A stretch of 63,311 nucleotides of DNA, filler included, from Octopus bimaculoides (Eukaryota), in NCBI RefSeq assembly GCF_001194135.2. It is 7 parts of 6 records of this genome, joined end to end, with 100 filler letters (N's around TTAATTAATTAA, not from the genome) between each part and the next. Parts side by side here need not be neighbours in the genome. Positions count along the whole stretch, not along the records: positions 37,813 to 59,100 come from NC_068982.1; positions 59,201 to 61,754 come from NC_069006.1; positions 61,855 to 63,311 come from NC_069006.1; 4 more parts are not named here. One strand, given 5' to 3'. Below, piece by piece: positions 52,502 to 63,311 of the stretch. Position numbers and translations under genes: made by a program. The notes under the pieces were generated by a model. That model ran no database searches, was not told where the DNA came from, and was given only the letters and a program-made list of their open reading frames with translations. Every line of letters starts with the position of its first letter. Within the stretch, counting starts at the first letter, position 1.

Positions 52502-53450
52502 TAGACGCAGGAGTGGCTGTGTGGTAAGTCGCTTGCTTACCAACCACGTGGTTCCGGGTTCAGTCCCACTGCGTGGCACCTTGGGCGAGTGTCTTTTACT
52601 ATAACCTCGAGCCGACCAAAGCCTTGTGAGTGGATTTGGTAGACGGAAACTGAAAGAAGCCTGTCGTATATATATATATATATCAAACAATAAGCAACAC
52701 GGATTTCAAAAGTGATTGCAGTACGCACGTTTCATGCTACTTCAATTTATTTAAGTAATGTGAGCATTACCTTAAATGCAATATGAAGNNNNNNNNNNNN
52801 NNNNNNNNNNNNNNNNNNNNNNNNNNNNNNNNNNNNNNNNNNNNNNNNNNNNNNNNNNNNNNNNNNNNNNNNNNNNNNNNNNNNNNNNNNNNNNNNNNNN
52901 NNNNNNNNNNNNNNNNNNNNNNNNNNNNNNNNNNNNNNNNNNNNNNNNNNNNATGTATGCTCTCTCCCACTTGGTTTTAATATGTTGCCACATTTGTAAT
53001 ATGTCTTTTTTCTGCATTTTTTCGTGCAGCTGAAGATTGCTCTTCATATTGCATTTAAGGTAATGCTCACATTACTTAAATAAATTGAAGTAGCATAAAA
53101 CGTGCGTACTGCAATCACTTTTGAAATCCGTGTTGCTTATTGTTTGATTTTAATCACCCATCCTTTTGGGATGTGATATTCGGGTGCCTTCGCATAAGTA
53201 CCATATTCAAGCCTTGAATATATATATATATATATATACACATATGTTTGTGTGTCTGTGTTTGTCACCCCACCATCGCTTGACAACCGATGTTGGTGTA
53301 TTTACGTGTCCGTATATTAGCAGTTCGACAAAGGAGACCGATATAACAAGTACTAGGCTTGCAAAGAATAAGTCCTGGGATCGATTTGTTCGATTAAAGG
53401 TGGTGCCCCAGCATGGCCGCAGTCAAATGGCTGACACAAATAAAAGAATA
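52502..53450 (+). mobile_element. SINE family A split by a hairpin element (5' half 52502-52666, 3' half about 53225-53450)
   Basis: Both halves are in register on either side of the 52682-53200 insertion, which sits in the central (TA)n. Confidence 0.85.
52682..53200. mobile_element. Hairpin-plus-tail element: 107-bp inverted arms (52682-52788, 53042-53148) plus one-sided tail
   Basis: Arms are reverse complements with one mismatch (53097); flanked by (TA)n; related to 58207-58430. Confidence 0.85.
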
Positions 53451-53583
53451 TATATGTATGAATGTATGTATGTATGTATGCATGTATGCATGCATGTATG
53501 TATGTATGTATGTATGTATGTATGTATGTATTATGTCTGTATGCATGTACGTACACACACACACGCATATACACATACATACG

Positions 53584-53617
<34 letters not shown>

Positions 53618-55894
53618 CATATAATCAGACCTAGAGTGTTAAAAGATGCTGTATACCTCTAAATCAGCTGAAACGAATCGCCCCGTACGTGAAAGAGAAT
53701 GGTAGATGTTTCACTGTTATTTCAGTTCTTTGCTGCCGTATACACGAGTCACCCTGCGGTCGATTACATCGACCTACCCTCTACTCCGGAATTCCTATCT
53801 TTGTGCCAAAATTTGGAGCCAATATTTTTTGAATTGGACATATATTTTACAACTGTAACTACCTCAGTTCTGTTGAGTATTCTGAGGAATTTATGACTTC
53901 TTTGAGGAATAGTTTCCGGTTAAGTAGACAATGTGTTTTCAAATTCTGGCTTTTGCACCAACGTTGTAAGGTGGATTATATAATGTCGACTTTCCTAATA
54001 TTTATATAGTATTTACTGACTGTGTGGGCGAGCGTGTTATTCTTTCTTGACCTTTTCTACGTAATAGTGTTTTGTGGTAATACATTGTGGCCGTGGCGCA
54101 GGTGACTTCGACAGAAGATATTACATTTATTTATTTCTTAGTGCATATTTATAACCCTAAACACCTCCAGCATAAAGCTACAACGAGCACTTTTATGTTT
54201 TTGTTCCATAACATAGGCAAACACTATATCTGTGTGAGTGTATGTGTGCGCATGTGTGCGCGTTTGTGCGTGTGTTTGTGTGTGTATACTTGTATACGTG
54301 TATTAGTTTTCATGTATGTTCATGTATACATGTACATTTGTTCTGTTTCCGTATTGGATATATAAGTGTGTTAGTTTGTGCCTATGTGTATGCTTGTGTA
54401 TATATGTGTACTCGCTTTGCGTCCCTGTGCGTTTGAGAAAGAGTAAGAGAAAGAGAGAGAGAGAAGTGCGTATGTGTGTTTGTGTTTGTGCGTGTGTGAG
54501 TGTGTTTGTGTGTGTGAGCGTGTATGCGTGCGAGCGTGCGCGAATGTTTGTATTTGTGGCTGCATGTGTTGCATATATGTTTTGGAAGAACAACCGCAAA
54601 ATCACAATTTCTTTTTACGTTTTGAATTCGTCAAGGATTTTTCCAATTTGGCGATTTTTAGTGCCTTCCACTAAAGTTGTTGTTCTGTGTGAGATAAGTT
54701 CTCTGCCCATCGAATAAGATATGTTTTGTACTTCGTTGTCCTTTGTTCGTGTCCAGGATACTGCAGCACGCAATACGTTGTATAATGTATCATTTCCTAC
54801 ATGGTAGGAACAAAAGAGTCAATGACCGTGTGTGTCAGGAATTGTAGCAGACATCCAGGATTTCCGTCACGGAAACGGAATGTGGAAGGATTTGAACAAA
54901 CTTATATAACAAGTTATTTCCGCTACCAGATTTTAACTTGATCAACTAGATTACAGCGTTGCTTTATGTATGTGCGCAGTTATGGTTGTATGGTGAAGAA
55001 GCTTGCTTTCAAGTTATGTGGTTTGGGAGTCAGTTCTACTATTCAGCACCTCGGACTAGTTGCCTCTTCAATAACACGGGATCGACCAATACTGTGTATG
55101 TGAATTTCGTAGACGGAAACTGTATGGAGGCTCGTCGTAAATATACACGAGTGTGTCTTTGTGTTTGTGAAACTAAAGTTGGTTTGTTTGCGTCCTCGTC
55201 ATATATACCAGATTTTAAAAAAACTTAAGTACTGGAATTGATTTCTTCGAGTAAATCTTTCACAGCCGTGTACCTGCAGTATTCCTCCCACACTAACGGG
55301 CAGCCATCGACCTTTTCAATCCAAAATGGATTTTCAACCCAATATTTACATTTGTATGCTTCGAGATATACTAATCCAAAAAGTATTATGTGTGTGTGTA
55401 TGCGTACACTCAGACACATATGTATGTGCGTGTTCTGAGTTCAAATGCCGCTGGAGTCAACTTTGCCTTTCATCTTTTCAGGATCGATAAGTTCCAGTTG
55501 AGCACTGGCAATCGATGTAATCGATTTAACCACACTCCCAAAAATTTGAAACCGATTTTAACACATCAGTAAAACAGTATATTTTCCTTCATTGTTCGCG
55601 ATTTCTTGCCAATGTTCCACTTGCTTGTCAATGCCCTGATGTTAGAAATACCGGTTTTGGGCTTGATCCACGTTTTTGGTTCCACGTCATTGTTGAACGA
55701 AATGTAACCTATACTATTGACGAGAGTGAAATAATATTTATTCAAAATTGTGAACTGTGCTTGCTTTATTAACTATTCAGTGTTTCACGTTCTTCATACC
55801 CAGTCGTCACTTACGCAGATTGACCTTTGAATAGATATTCTCCTCCACTCTCTTTCTCACTCCATCTCTCTATCTATCACTCTCTCACTTTCTT

Positions 55895-55926
<32 letters not shown>

Positions 55927-56067
55927 TCTCTCTCTCTCTCTCTCTCTCGACATATTTGTGTGTGTGTGTGTACATATACAAACACACAGGCATATATACA
56001 CAAATATCATCATAATTCTTTGTATGCATGCATGCATGTATGTATGTATGTATGTATGTATGTATGT

Positions 56068-56110
<43 letters not shown>

Positions 56111-56119
56111 CATACATAC

Positions 56120-56150
<31 letters not shown>

Positions 56151-56263
56151 CATGCATGGATGCATACATACATACATACATACATACATNNNNNNNNNNN
56201 NNNNNNNNNNNNNNNNNNNNNNNNNNNNNNNNNNNNNNNNNNNNNNNNTATATATATATATAT

Positions 56264-56306
<43 letters not shown>

Positions 56307-56315
56307 CATACATAC

Positions 56316-56346
<31 letters not shown>

Positions 56347-56569
56347 CATGCATGGATGCATACATACATACATACATACATACATGCATGGATGCATACA
56401 TACATACATACATACATACATACATACATACATACATACATACATACACACGTGTGTGCGCATGTGTTTGTAACATGTGGGTATATAGCACTACGTGTAA
56501 ACTACATGATTAATCCACTGGACCTTCTAAACGCTGATTCGAAACCGAATCCCTGGGAACGTGGTCAGA

Positions 56570-57105
56570 CATCGCGAATAAACACCATAGTTTCACGTGA
56601 TCGCTATATTAACCGACCAATAAGCGTGAAGCGGTAGCGTGGATTTGGTTTTCTCGAACATTCTTGAATTTGACTTCCTGTCCCCTATGAAAACCGTTCG
56701 CTGCGCATGTCTAATAGCCAGACAACACAGGAAGTCAGATGGAGCAGATAGATGACAGGAAACTCCGTAGGCCACGAATATGGCACAATTGTTTCCATTT
56801 ACGTTTGGCAAGCTGCATGTTGCCGTGTCAATAGCTTGTCGTAAAGTCCAAGCAGTATCTCTCTCTAAGCTTGTAATTATTGCTGTTGTTATTTGTAAAA
56901 AGACGAAGCTAGTTTATCTTTATGTGCGATAAGAAAACCTTCTGTTAAATGTTTGCGGATGTTGTTCAGTTATTTCTACACGCTGCACAAGAAACATATT
57001 TTCATTCATCAACTCAGTCACAACTACGGATCAACCCAACAAATAAAGACCGCGACAACCTAAATAGTAGGAGCAACCCGGAAGTTTACAACACGCCATT
57101 TGTAG
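56570..57105. promoter_or_regulatory. Candidate CpG-rich housekeeping-type promoter region
   Basis: CACGTG 56594, CCAAT 56617, inverted ETS pair tgacttcctgt (56671) / acaggaagtca (56727), tgcgcatg 56702, CCGGAAGT 57078, YY1-like CGCCATTT 57094, all in unique non-repeat DNA. Confidence 0.4.
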
Positions 57106-57515
57106 CATCGCACACTCCCATCAATTAACACGCTGTTTTAAATTTCATTTGTGTCTTTTTTTCATTTTTCATTGATTCACTATCTAACGATTGCCTGTCG
57201 GCAAGAAGCTTAAAGTGGTGGAAATTTCGTCAACTTCGAAAATAGAGCATTAAAGTGCGCGTGAGTGTCTGTATGTGTATATAAATTTATGTGTGAATGA
57301 CTGTGAGTGTGTGAACATGAACAGTGATATAGTCACTGTCACCGACTGCTTGTTGCTACAAGCAATTTACTTTACAAGATTTAGCTCCGGATAATCGCTC
57401 TATTTCCTGTTCTCTTTCTCCACGTCTCAAGTTGGAACACGTGCAATGGTGACTGTCCTAGTAACTTTGGGGAAGCACTTGACCATTAAGTACAGTAAAT
57501 GTCTACCAGTTTCAA

Positions 57516-57555
<40 letters not shown>

Positions 57556-57609
57556 ATCACAGCCGTATGCATATATGCACTTTACAGAGAGAGAGAGCAG
57601 CATATACCA

Positions 57610-57695
<86 letters not shown>

Positions 57696-57726
57696 AGAGA
57701 TAAATACATAGATGTGCGCGTGTTTA

Positions 57727-58165
57727 GGCATGGCTGTGTGGTAAGAAGCTTGCTTCCCAACCACATGGTTCCGGGTTCAGTCCNNNNNNNNNNNNNNNNN
57801 NNNNNNNNNNNNNNNNNNNNNNNNNNNNNNNNNNNNNNNNNNNNNNNNNNNNNNNNNNNNNNNNNNNNNNNNNNNNNNNNNNNNNNNNNNNNNNNNNNNN
57901 NNNNNNNNNNNNNNNNNNNNNNNNNNNNNNNNNNNNNNNNNNNNNNNNNNNNNNNNNNNNNNNNNNNNNNNNNNNNNNNNNNNNNNNNNNNNNNNNNNNN
58001 NNNNNNNNNNNNNNNNNNNNNNNNNNNNNNNNNNNNNNNNNNNNNNNNNNNNNNNNNNNNNNNNNNNNNNNNNNNNNNNNNNNNNNNNNNNNNNNNNNNN
58101 NNNNNNNNNCATGAGGTCGATTTCTTCGACTAAAGCGTGGTGCTCCAGCATGGCCGCAGTCAAAT
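57727..58165 (+). mobile_element. SINE family A (gapped)
   Basis: Head at 57727-57783, tail at 58111-58165. Confidence 0.85.
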
Positions 58166-58206
58166 GACTGAAACAAATATAAGAATATATATATATGTAT
58201 ATAAAT

Positions 58207-58430
58207 TCAAAATAAGCAACAAGGATATTCAAAGTTAATGCAGTACGATCGTTTCATGCGACTCCATTTATTTGCTTAAATAAATGGAGTCGCATGAGAC
58301 GATCGTACTGCATTAACTTTGAATATCCTTGTTGCTTATTTTGATTTTAATCACTATATTTTGGAATTGTATGGATAATATCATACTTAATTCTGGTGCC
58401 TAAACTTAAGTACCATATTCACCTTGAATC
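58207..58430. mobile_element. Hairpin-plus-tail element: 67-bp arms (58207-58273, 58278-58344), 4-nt loop, plus tail
   Basis: One mismatch between arms (58298); arm and tail motifs shared with 52682-53200; flanked by (TA)n. Confidence 0.88.
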
Positions 58431-59361
58431 TATATATATATATACATATGAACAGAGCATTCGAACACTAAGGTTTGAAATAAGATGTCACTACTATTAA
58501 TATCATCAGTAGATAAAATTTAGAATTGATGGTATCAACAGTAGGTGGTTCGCAGGCAAATAGCATTATTAAGCTATAATATACAAATTAGCACGAAGCA
58601 TAAGGCTGCAGAAAAACATCAACCTACTAGAAATAAGAGCGAAAGTCTTAATTAAACCACCGTAAAGCACCAGAATAACAGAGAATTAACAGTAGGCGAG
58701 GAAAGGGAAAATAATAAATATATTCAAAAGCACACCTATGAAAGATTATGCTATTTAGGATATCTACATACCTGAGTTTCGGCTTCTGGAAATTTAATCC
58801 TTGAACCTCCTCAGTGTAGACCACCTGGTAAAAATTCAAATCCGTCTCGTTGTATATCGTTGAAGTACTGCTCTTGTTTTGCGCCAAAAACACAACACAT
58901 GGTGCAAAAATATTTATGAACAAAACATTCAAACACTAAAGTTAATATCAGCTATGGATAAAAGTTTTAATTGATGGTATCAACACTAGTGGTTTAATTA
59001 AGAATTTAGCTCTTATTTCTAGCAGGTTGATGCTTATTTGCGTCCTTACGCTACGTGCTAATTTGTATATATATATACGTATATATATATATATATATAT
59101 NNNNNNNNNNNNNNNNNNNNNNNNNNNNNNNNNNNNNNNNNNNNTTAATTAATTAANNNNNNNNNNNNNNNNNNNNNNNNNNNNNNNNNNNNNNNNNNNN
59201 AAAAATGACACAGACAGGTGTGTAAACAACTCACACGTGTATTGGTTTAACGCTATGGAAGGTGAGAAAGTCTTTTACGTTTCGAACCTACTCTCTTTAA
59301 CTGAAAGGAACACGAGAAAATAAACAAAAAGAGAATAAAAAAAGCTTTAGTGGCTAGCAGT

Positions 59362-59430
<69 letters not shown>

Positions 59431-59541
59431 CGAGAGAGAGAGAGGTGGGACAGGGAGACATGCATGCATGCATATACATTATATAAACAATAACATATAT
59501 TACATCACAAATGTATGTTATATGTATACATATACATATAT

Positions 59542-60115
59542 ACAATTATAAATAAGGACAAAAGAAAAGAATTTCTATGCCAAAATGCTGAGAAATAGAC
59601 TTCATCTCGTCAATCACCACATACAATATTTTTCACTATAAGTACACAGCGTTTTGAAAACGAGGAAAGTAATCTAACAGAAAGTTTTTAAAATTCCATT
59701 ATCACCGAATCGGACCGATTTCGGGTACTTAAATGTACTCATGACTTTGCATCTGCTTTTTCCATGAGGTACATGTAAGTATTTCATTTATTTCTTATCG
59801 TGTTCTCCGCTGATGAAGGAAAGAATCCTTTATGGATTAATCTAGAAATCGGTTCGATTCGGTGATAACGAAATTTTAAAAAAATTCTGTTAGCTTACTT
59901 TCTTTGTTTTCAGAACACTGTGTATTTATAGTGTAAAATATTGTATGTGGTAATTGACGATATGAAGTCTATTTCTCAGCATTTTGGCATAGAATTTTTT
60001 TTCTTTTGCCCTTATTTATAATTGTTTATAATATTCACCTTAAAAAGTATTTTAATATGATGGCCACTGATGAAATTTTTTGAAAAAAATTTTATCCTAG
60101 ATAAGAAGTAAATTT
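59542..60115. mobile_element. Hairpin-plus-tail element: about 180-bp imperfect inverted arms (59542-59722, 59845-60025)
   Basis: Arms about 90% identical by eye, about 120-bp spacer, one-sided tail, TA-rich flanks. Confidence 0.85.
59795..59870 (+). ncRNA. Hammerhead ribozyme-like motif (type I, imperfect)
   Basis: CTGATGA 59810-59816, GAAA 59845-59848, stem III ATCG/CGAT with gtt loop, ATT triplet 59857-59859, stem I ccg/cgg. Stem II is irregular, with an extra A at 59844. Confidence 0.35.
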
Positions 60116-60910
60116 ATTACCACATACATATATGCATATATATATATATGTACATATATATATATATATATATATANNNNNNNNNNNNNNNNNNNNNNNN
60201 NNNNNNNNNNNNNNNNNNNNNNNNNNNNNNNNNNNNNNNNNNNNNNNNNNNNNNNNNNNNNNNNNNNNNNNNNNNNNNNNNNNNNNNNNNNNNNNNNNNN
60301 NNNNNNNNNNNNNNNNNNNNNNNNNNNNNNNNNNNNNNNNNNNNNNNNTTACACCTCAAATAATGCGTGTGTGTGTGATATACTTGTTCATATATAAATC
60401 AGATACAAATTATACATATTATATATTTCTTGCTATGTCTATATATTATATCGTATATTTGTGTTGGTGAGAGAGAGATAGTATGTTTGTGTATATATGT
60501 GTGCGTGTGTGTGTATGTACGCATGAATCTTCGTGTTAATACCTGTTTCCCACAGCTTGACAGCCAAAATTTTCCTGATTAGGAATCCTGCAAGTAATCA
60601 ATATTAAGTTAATGGCAATTAATGATAATTGCTTCATTTAATCCTCTGTACACTATTTCTGTTATAAACACTGGCTGTTTGCATGACACAACAAATAGGT
60701 GACGCTAACCCTGCTATATCGACGTAGGATTGCGCCGGACACCAATAGAGAACTCGTCTCCTTCATATCATGCATGGATTATATGTATTTGCCTGATAAT
60801 CCGACACACCTCTGCTGTTGCCACCCCACTCTTTACTTTGTACAGAATGTGGCTTTAGCACTATGATTGTAAACTTTAAACCAGTCACAGAATAAATTAT
60901 GTACGTATAC

Positions 60911-61362
60911 TCTTACTCTTTTACTTGTTTCAGTCGTTTGACTGTGGCCATGCTGGAGCACCGCCTTTAGTCGAACAAATCGACCCCAGGACTTATTCTT
61001 TGTAAGCCTAGTACTTATTCTATCGGTCTCATTTTGCCGAACCGCTAAATTACGGGGACGTAAACACACCACCATCGGTTGTCAAGCGATGTTGGGAGAC
61101 AAACACAGACACACAAACACACATATAATTATATGCACATATATACGACGGGCTTCGTTCAGTTTCCGTCTACCAAATCCACTCACAAGGATTTGGTCGG
61201 CCCGAGGCTATAGTAGAAGACACTTGCCCAAGGTGCCACGCAGTNNNNNNNNNNCGAGGCTATAGTAGAAGACACTTGCCCAAGGTGCCACGCAGTGGGA
61301 CTGAACCCGGAACCATGTGGTTGGTAAGCAAGCTACTTTCCACACAGCCACTCCTACGCCTA
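60911..61362 (-). mobile_element. SINE family A, near-consensus
   Basis: Full length; contains an unmerged contig overlap at 61204-61295. Confidence 0.9.
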
Positions 61363-61886
61363 TAGACAAGTTCCAAGGTCAATAATACTCCTCATCAAAG
61401 CCGACGCATATCCAAACAGAGAGGGCAATTAGAACCCATTATAAACATGTGAACACATAACATACAAAGACATATATACATATAAAAGTGTAACTCTGTG
61501 CCCAAATCAAAGTCGGATAAGTAATTGCATAAATACATACAGATAAATTAAGAAGTCCAAGCTGATGCGATAATAGTTCACAATAATCCAAAAGAGAAGT
61601 GCTCAAATGAATCCAATAAATAGAAAGAATCTTACGGCCGTTTCGGGGAATTTGTACGAATTTAGGATTTTTAAACAAAATCATAAAATTCTTCGTGGGA
61701 TTGTAAAAATGTTTAAGAATATACAGTAGTGGCTGTGTGGTAAGTAGCTTGCTTNNNNNNNNNNNNNNNNNNNNNNNNNNNNNNNNNNNNNNNNNNNNTT
61801 AATTAATTAANNNNNNNNNNNNNNNNNNNNNNNNNNNNNNNNNNNNNNNNNNNNGTTGTCTCATAGCTTCAAGATTTCAATGAAGT

Positions 61887-62288
61887 ACTCTTTTACTCTT
61901 TTACTTGTTTCAGTCATTTGACTGCGGCCATGCTGGAGCACCGCTTCTAGTCGAGCAAATCGACTCCAGGACTTATTCTTTGTAAGCCTAGTACTTATTC
62001 TAGCGGTCTGTTTTGCCGAACCACTAAGTTACGGGGACGTAAATACACCACCATCGGTTGTCAAGCGATGTTGAGGGGACAAACACAAACACACACATGC
62101 ATATGTATATATACTATACATATATACAATGGGCTTCTTTCAGTTTCCATCTACCAAATCCACTCACAAGGCTTTGGTCAGCCCGAGGCTATAGTAGAAG
62201 ATACTTGCCCAAGGTGCCACACTGGGAATGAGCCCAGAACCATGTGGTTGGTAAGCAAGCTACTTACCTCACAGCCACTCCTGCGCCT
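61887..62288 (-). mobile_element. SINE family A, near-consensus
   Basis: Full-length similarity to 60911-61362. Confidence 0.9.
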
Positions 62289-62852
62289 ATTATTTTTAGA
62301 ATGACATTGTAGGGTAGGTGTAAAAGGCAGGATCTGGTGGATCTGAACATAAAACAGGTAGAATATGTGGGCCAGATGTCGCTGATTCAACACTTTGGGA
62401 ATGAGATTGTTCTGTCAAATGTGATGCTTATTTATTCACATTGTTTTGGATTAATCATGAATTATCTTGTGGCTTTGAGATTTCAATAATCCTTTCCACT
62501 ATATATATGGGTGTGTGCATCTGTGTTTGTCCCCCACCACTGCTTGACAACCAGTGTTAATGTGTTTACGTCCGCCCTGCAACTTAGTAGCTCAGCAAAG
62601 GAGACTGATAGAATAAATACCAGGTTTAGCAAAAAATAGATATTCAATTAAAAATTCTTCAAGATAATGCCCCAGCATGCCCACAGTCTATTGACTGAAA
62701 CAAATAAAATTTTGTATTATTGTATAATATAGTCAGATTTGAAATATTCATTAGCAACTCTGAACGTAATTATATATTTATCTAACGAACAATAACAAAA
62801 CATGCAAAACTATGTGTATGTGGGTGTTACCCTGCTTGAAATAATAATAATG

Positions 62853-62892
<40 letters not shown>

Positions 62893-62896
<4 letters not shown>

Positions 62897-63082
62897 CCTT
62901 TCTACTGTAGGCACAAGGCCTGAAATTTTGTGGGAGGGGGTAAGTTGATCACATCGACTGGTACTTAATTTATTGACCCCAAAAGGATGAAAGGTAAAGT
63001 CAACCTTGGTGGAATTTGAACTCAGAATGTAGTGAAATACCACTAAGCATTTCATCCAGTGTGCTAATGATTCTGCTAGCTT
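62893..63082 (-). mobile_element. SINE family C embedded in (AAT)n
   Basis: ggtacttaatttattgaccccaaaaggatgaaaggtaaagtcaacc matches the family. Confidence 0.82.
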
Positions 63083-63311
63083 AATAATAATAATAATAAT
63101 AATAATCGTTAGAGTCCTGTTGCTTGTTTTGTCTGACGCCACCATGTGGCAGGTTGAGTGGATCAGGTTATTGTCATTGGCTCGAAATAATATGGAGCCG
63201 TTTTCATTTAGATAATGGCAGGTCTATATAGGAAGGAATTTATCTCCAAATCCTTTTTTTAATTTTTTTTAATTATTTTTTTTTCTACCTGTCATTACAT
63301 CAAAAGTTGAA

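Overview
AT-rich, gap-riddled eukaryotic genomic DNA saturated with di-, tri- and tetranucleotide microsatellites and tRNA-derived SINEs. The repeat landscape looks like an octopus (coleoid cephalopod) draft scaffold; this is inferred from repeat content, not from a database hit. Only one gene is well supported: four consecutive minus-strand, phase-0 exons (28336-24312) of a CTTNBP2NL/CTTNBP2-family coiled-coil protein. Its fourth exon is cut by an assembly join and its upstream exon and C-terminal exons are not identifiable. The rest is intronic or intergenic: three recurring SINE families (named A, B and C here), a split Penelope-like element, two mariner remnants, two tandem R4/Dong-like LINE fragments, a 57-bp VNTR, a candidate CpG-rich promoter near 56.6-57.1 kb, and six artificial 100-bp N44-TTAATTAATTAA-N44 scaffold linkers. 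Most interesting observations: (i) a cluster of asymmetric hairpin-plus-tail elements in (TA)n tracts (52.7 kb and 58.2-60.1 kb), one carrying a near-complete type I hammerhead-like fold; (ii) alternating-orientation SINE copies bracketing each coding exon; (iii) exon 3 matching the 36-aa block that, from memory, separates vertebrate CTTNBP2NL from CTTNBP2. Nearly all entries of the ORF track are microsatellite or N-gap artefacts. All alignments were done by eye; no searches were run.
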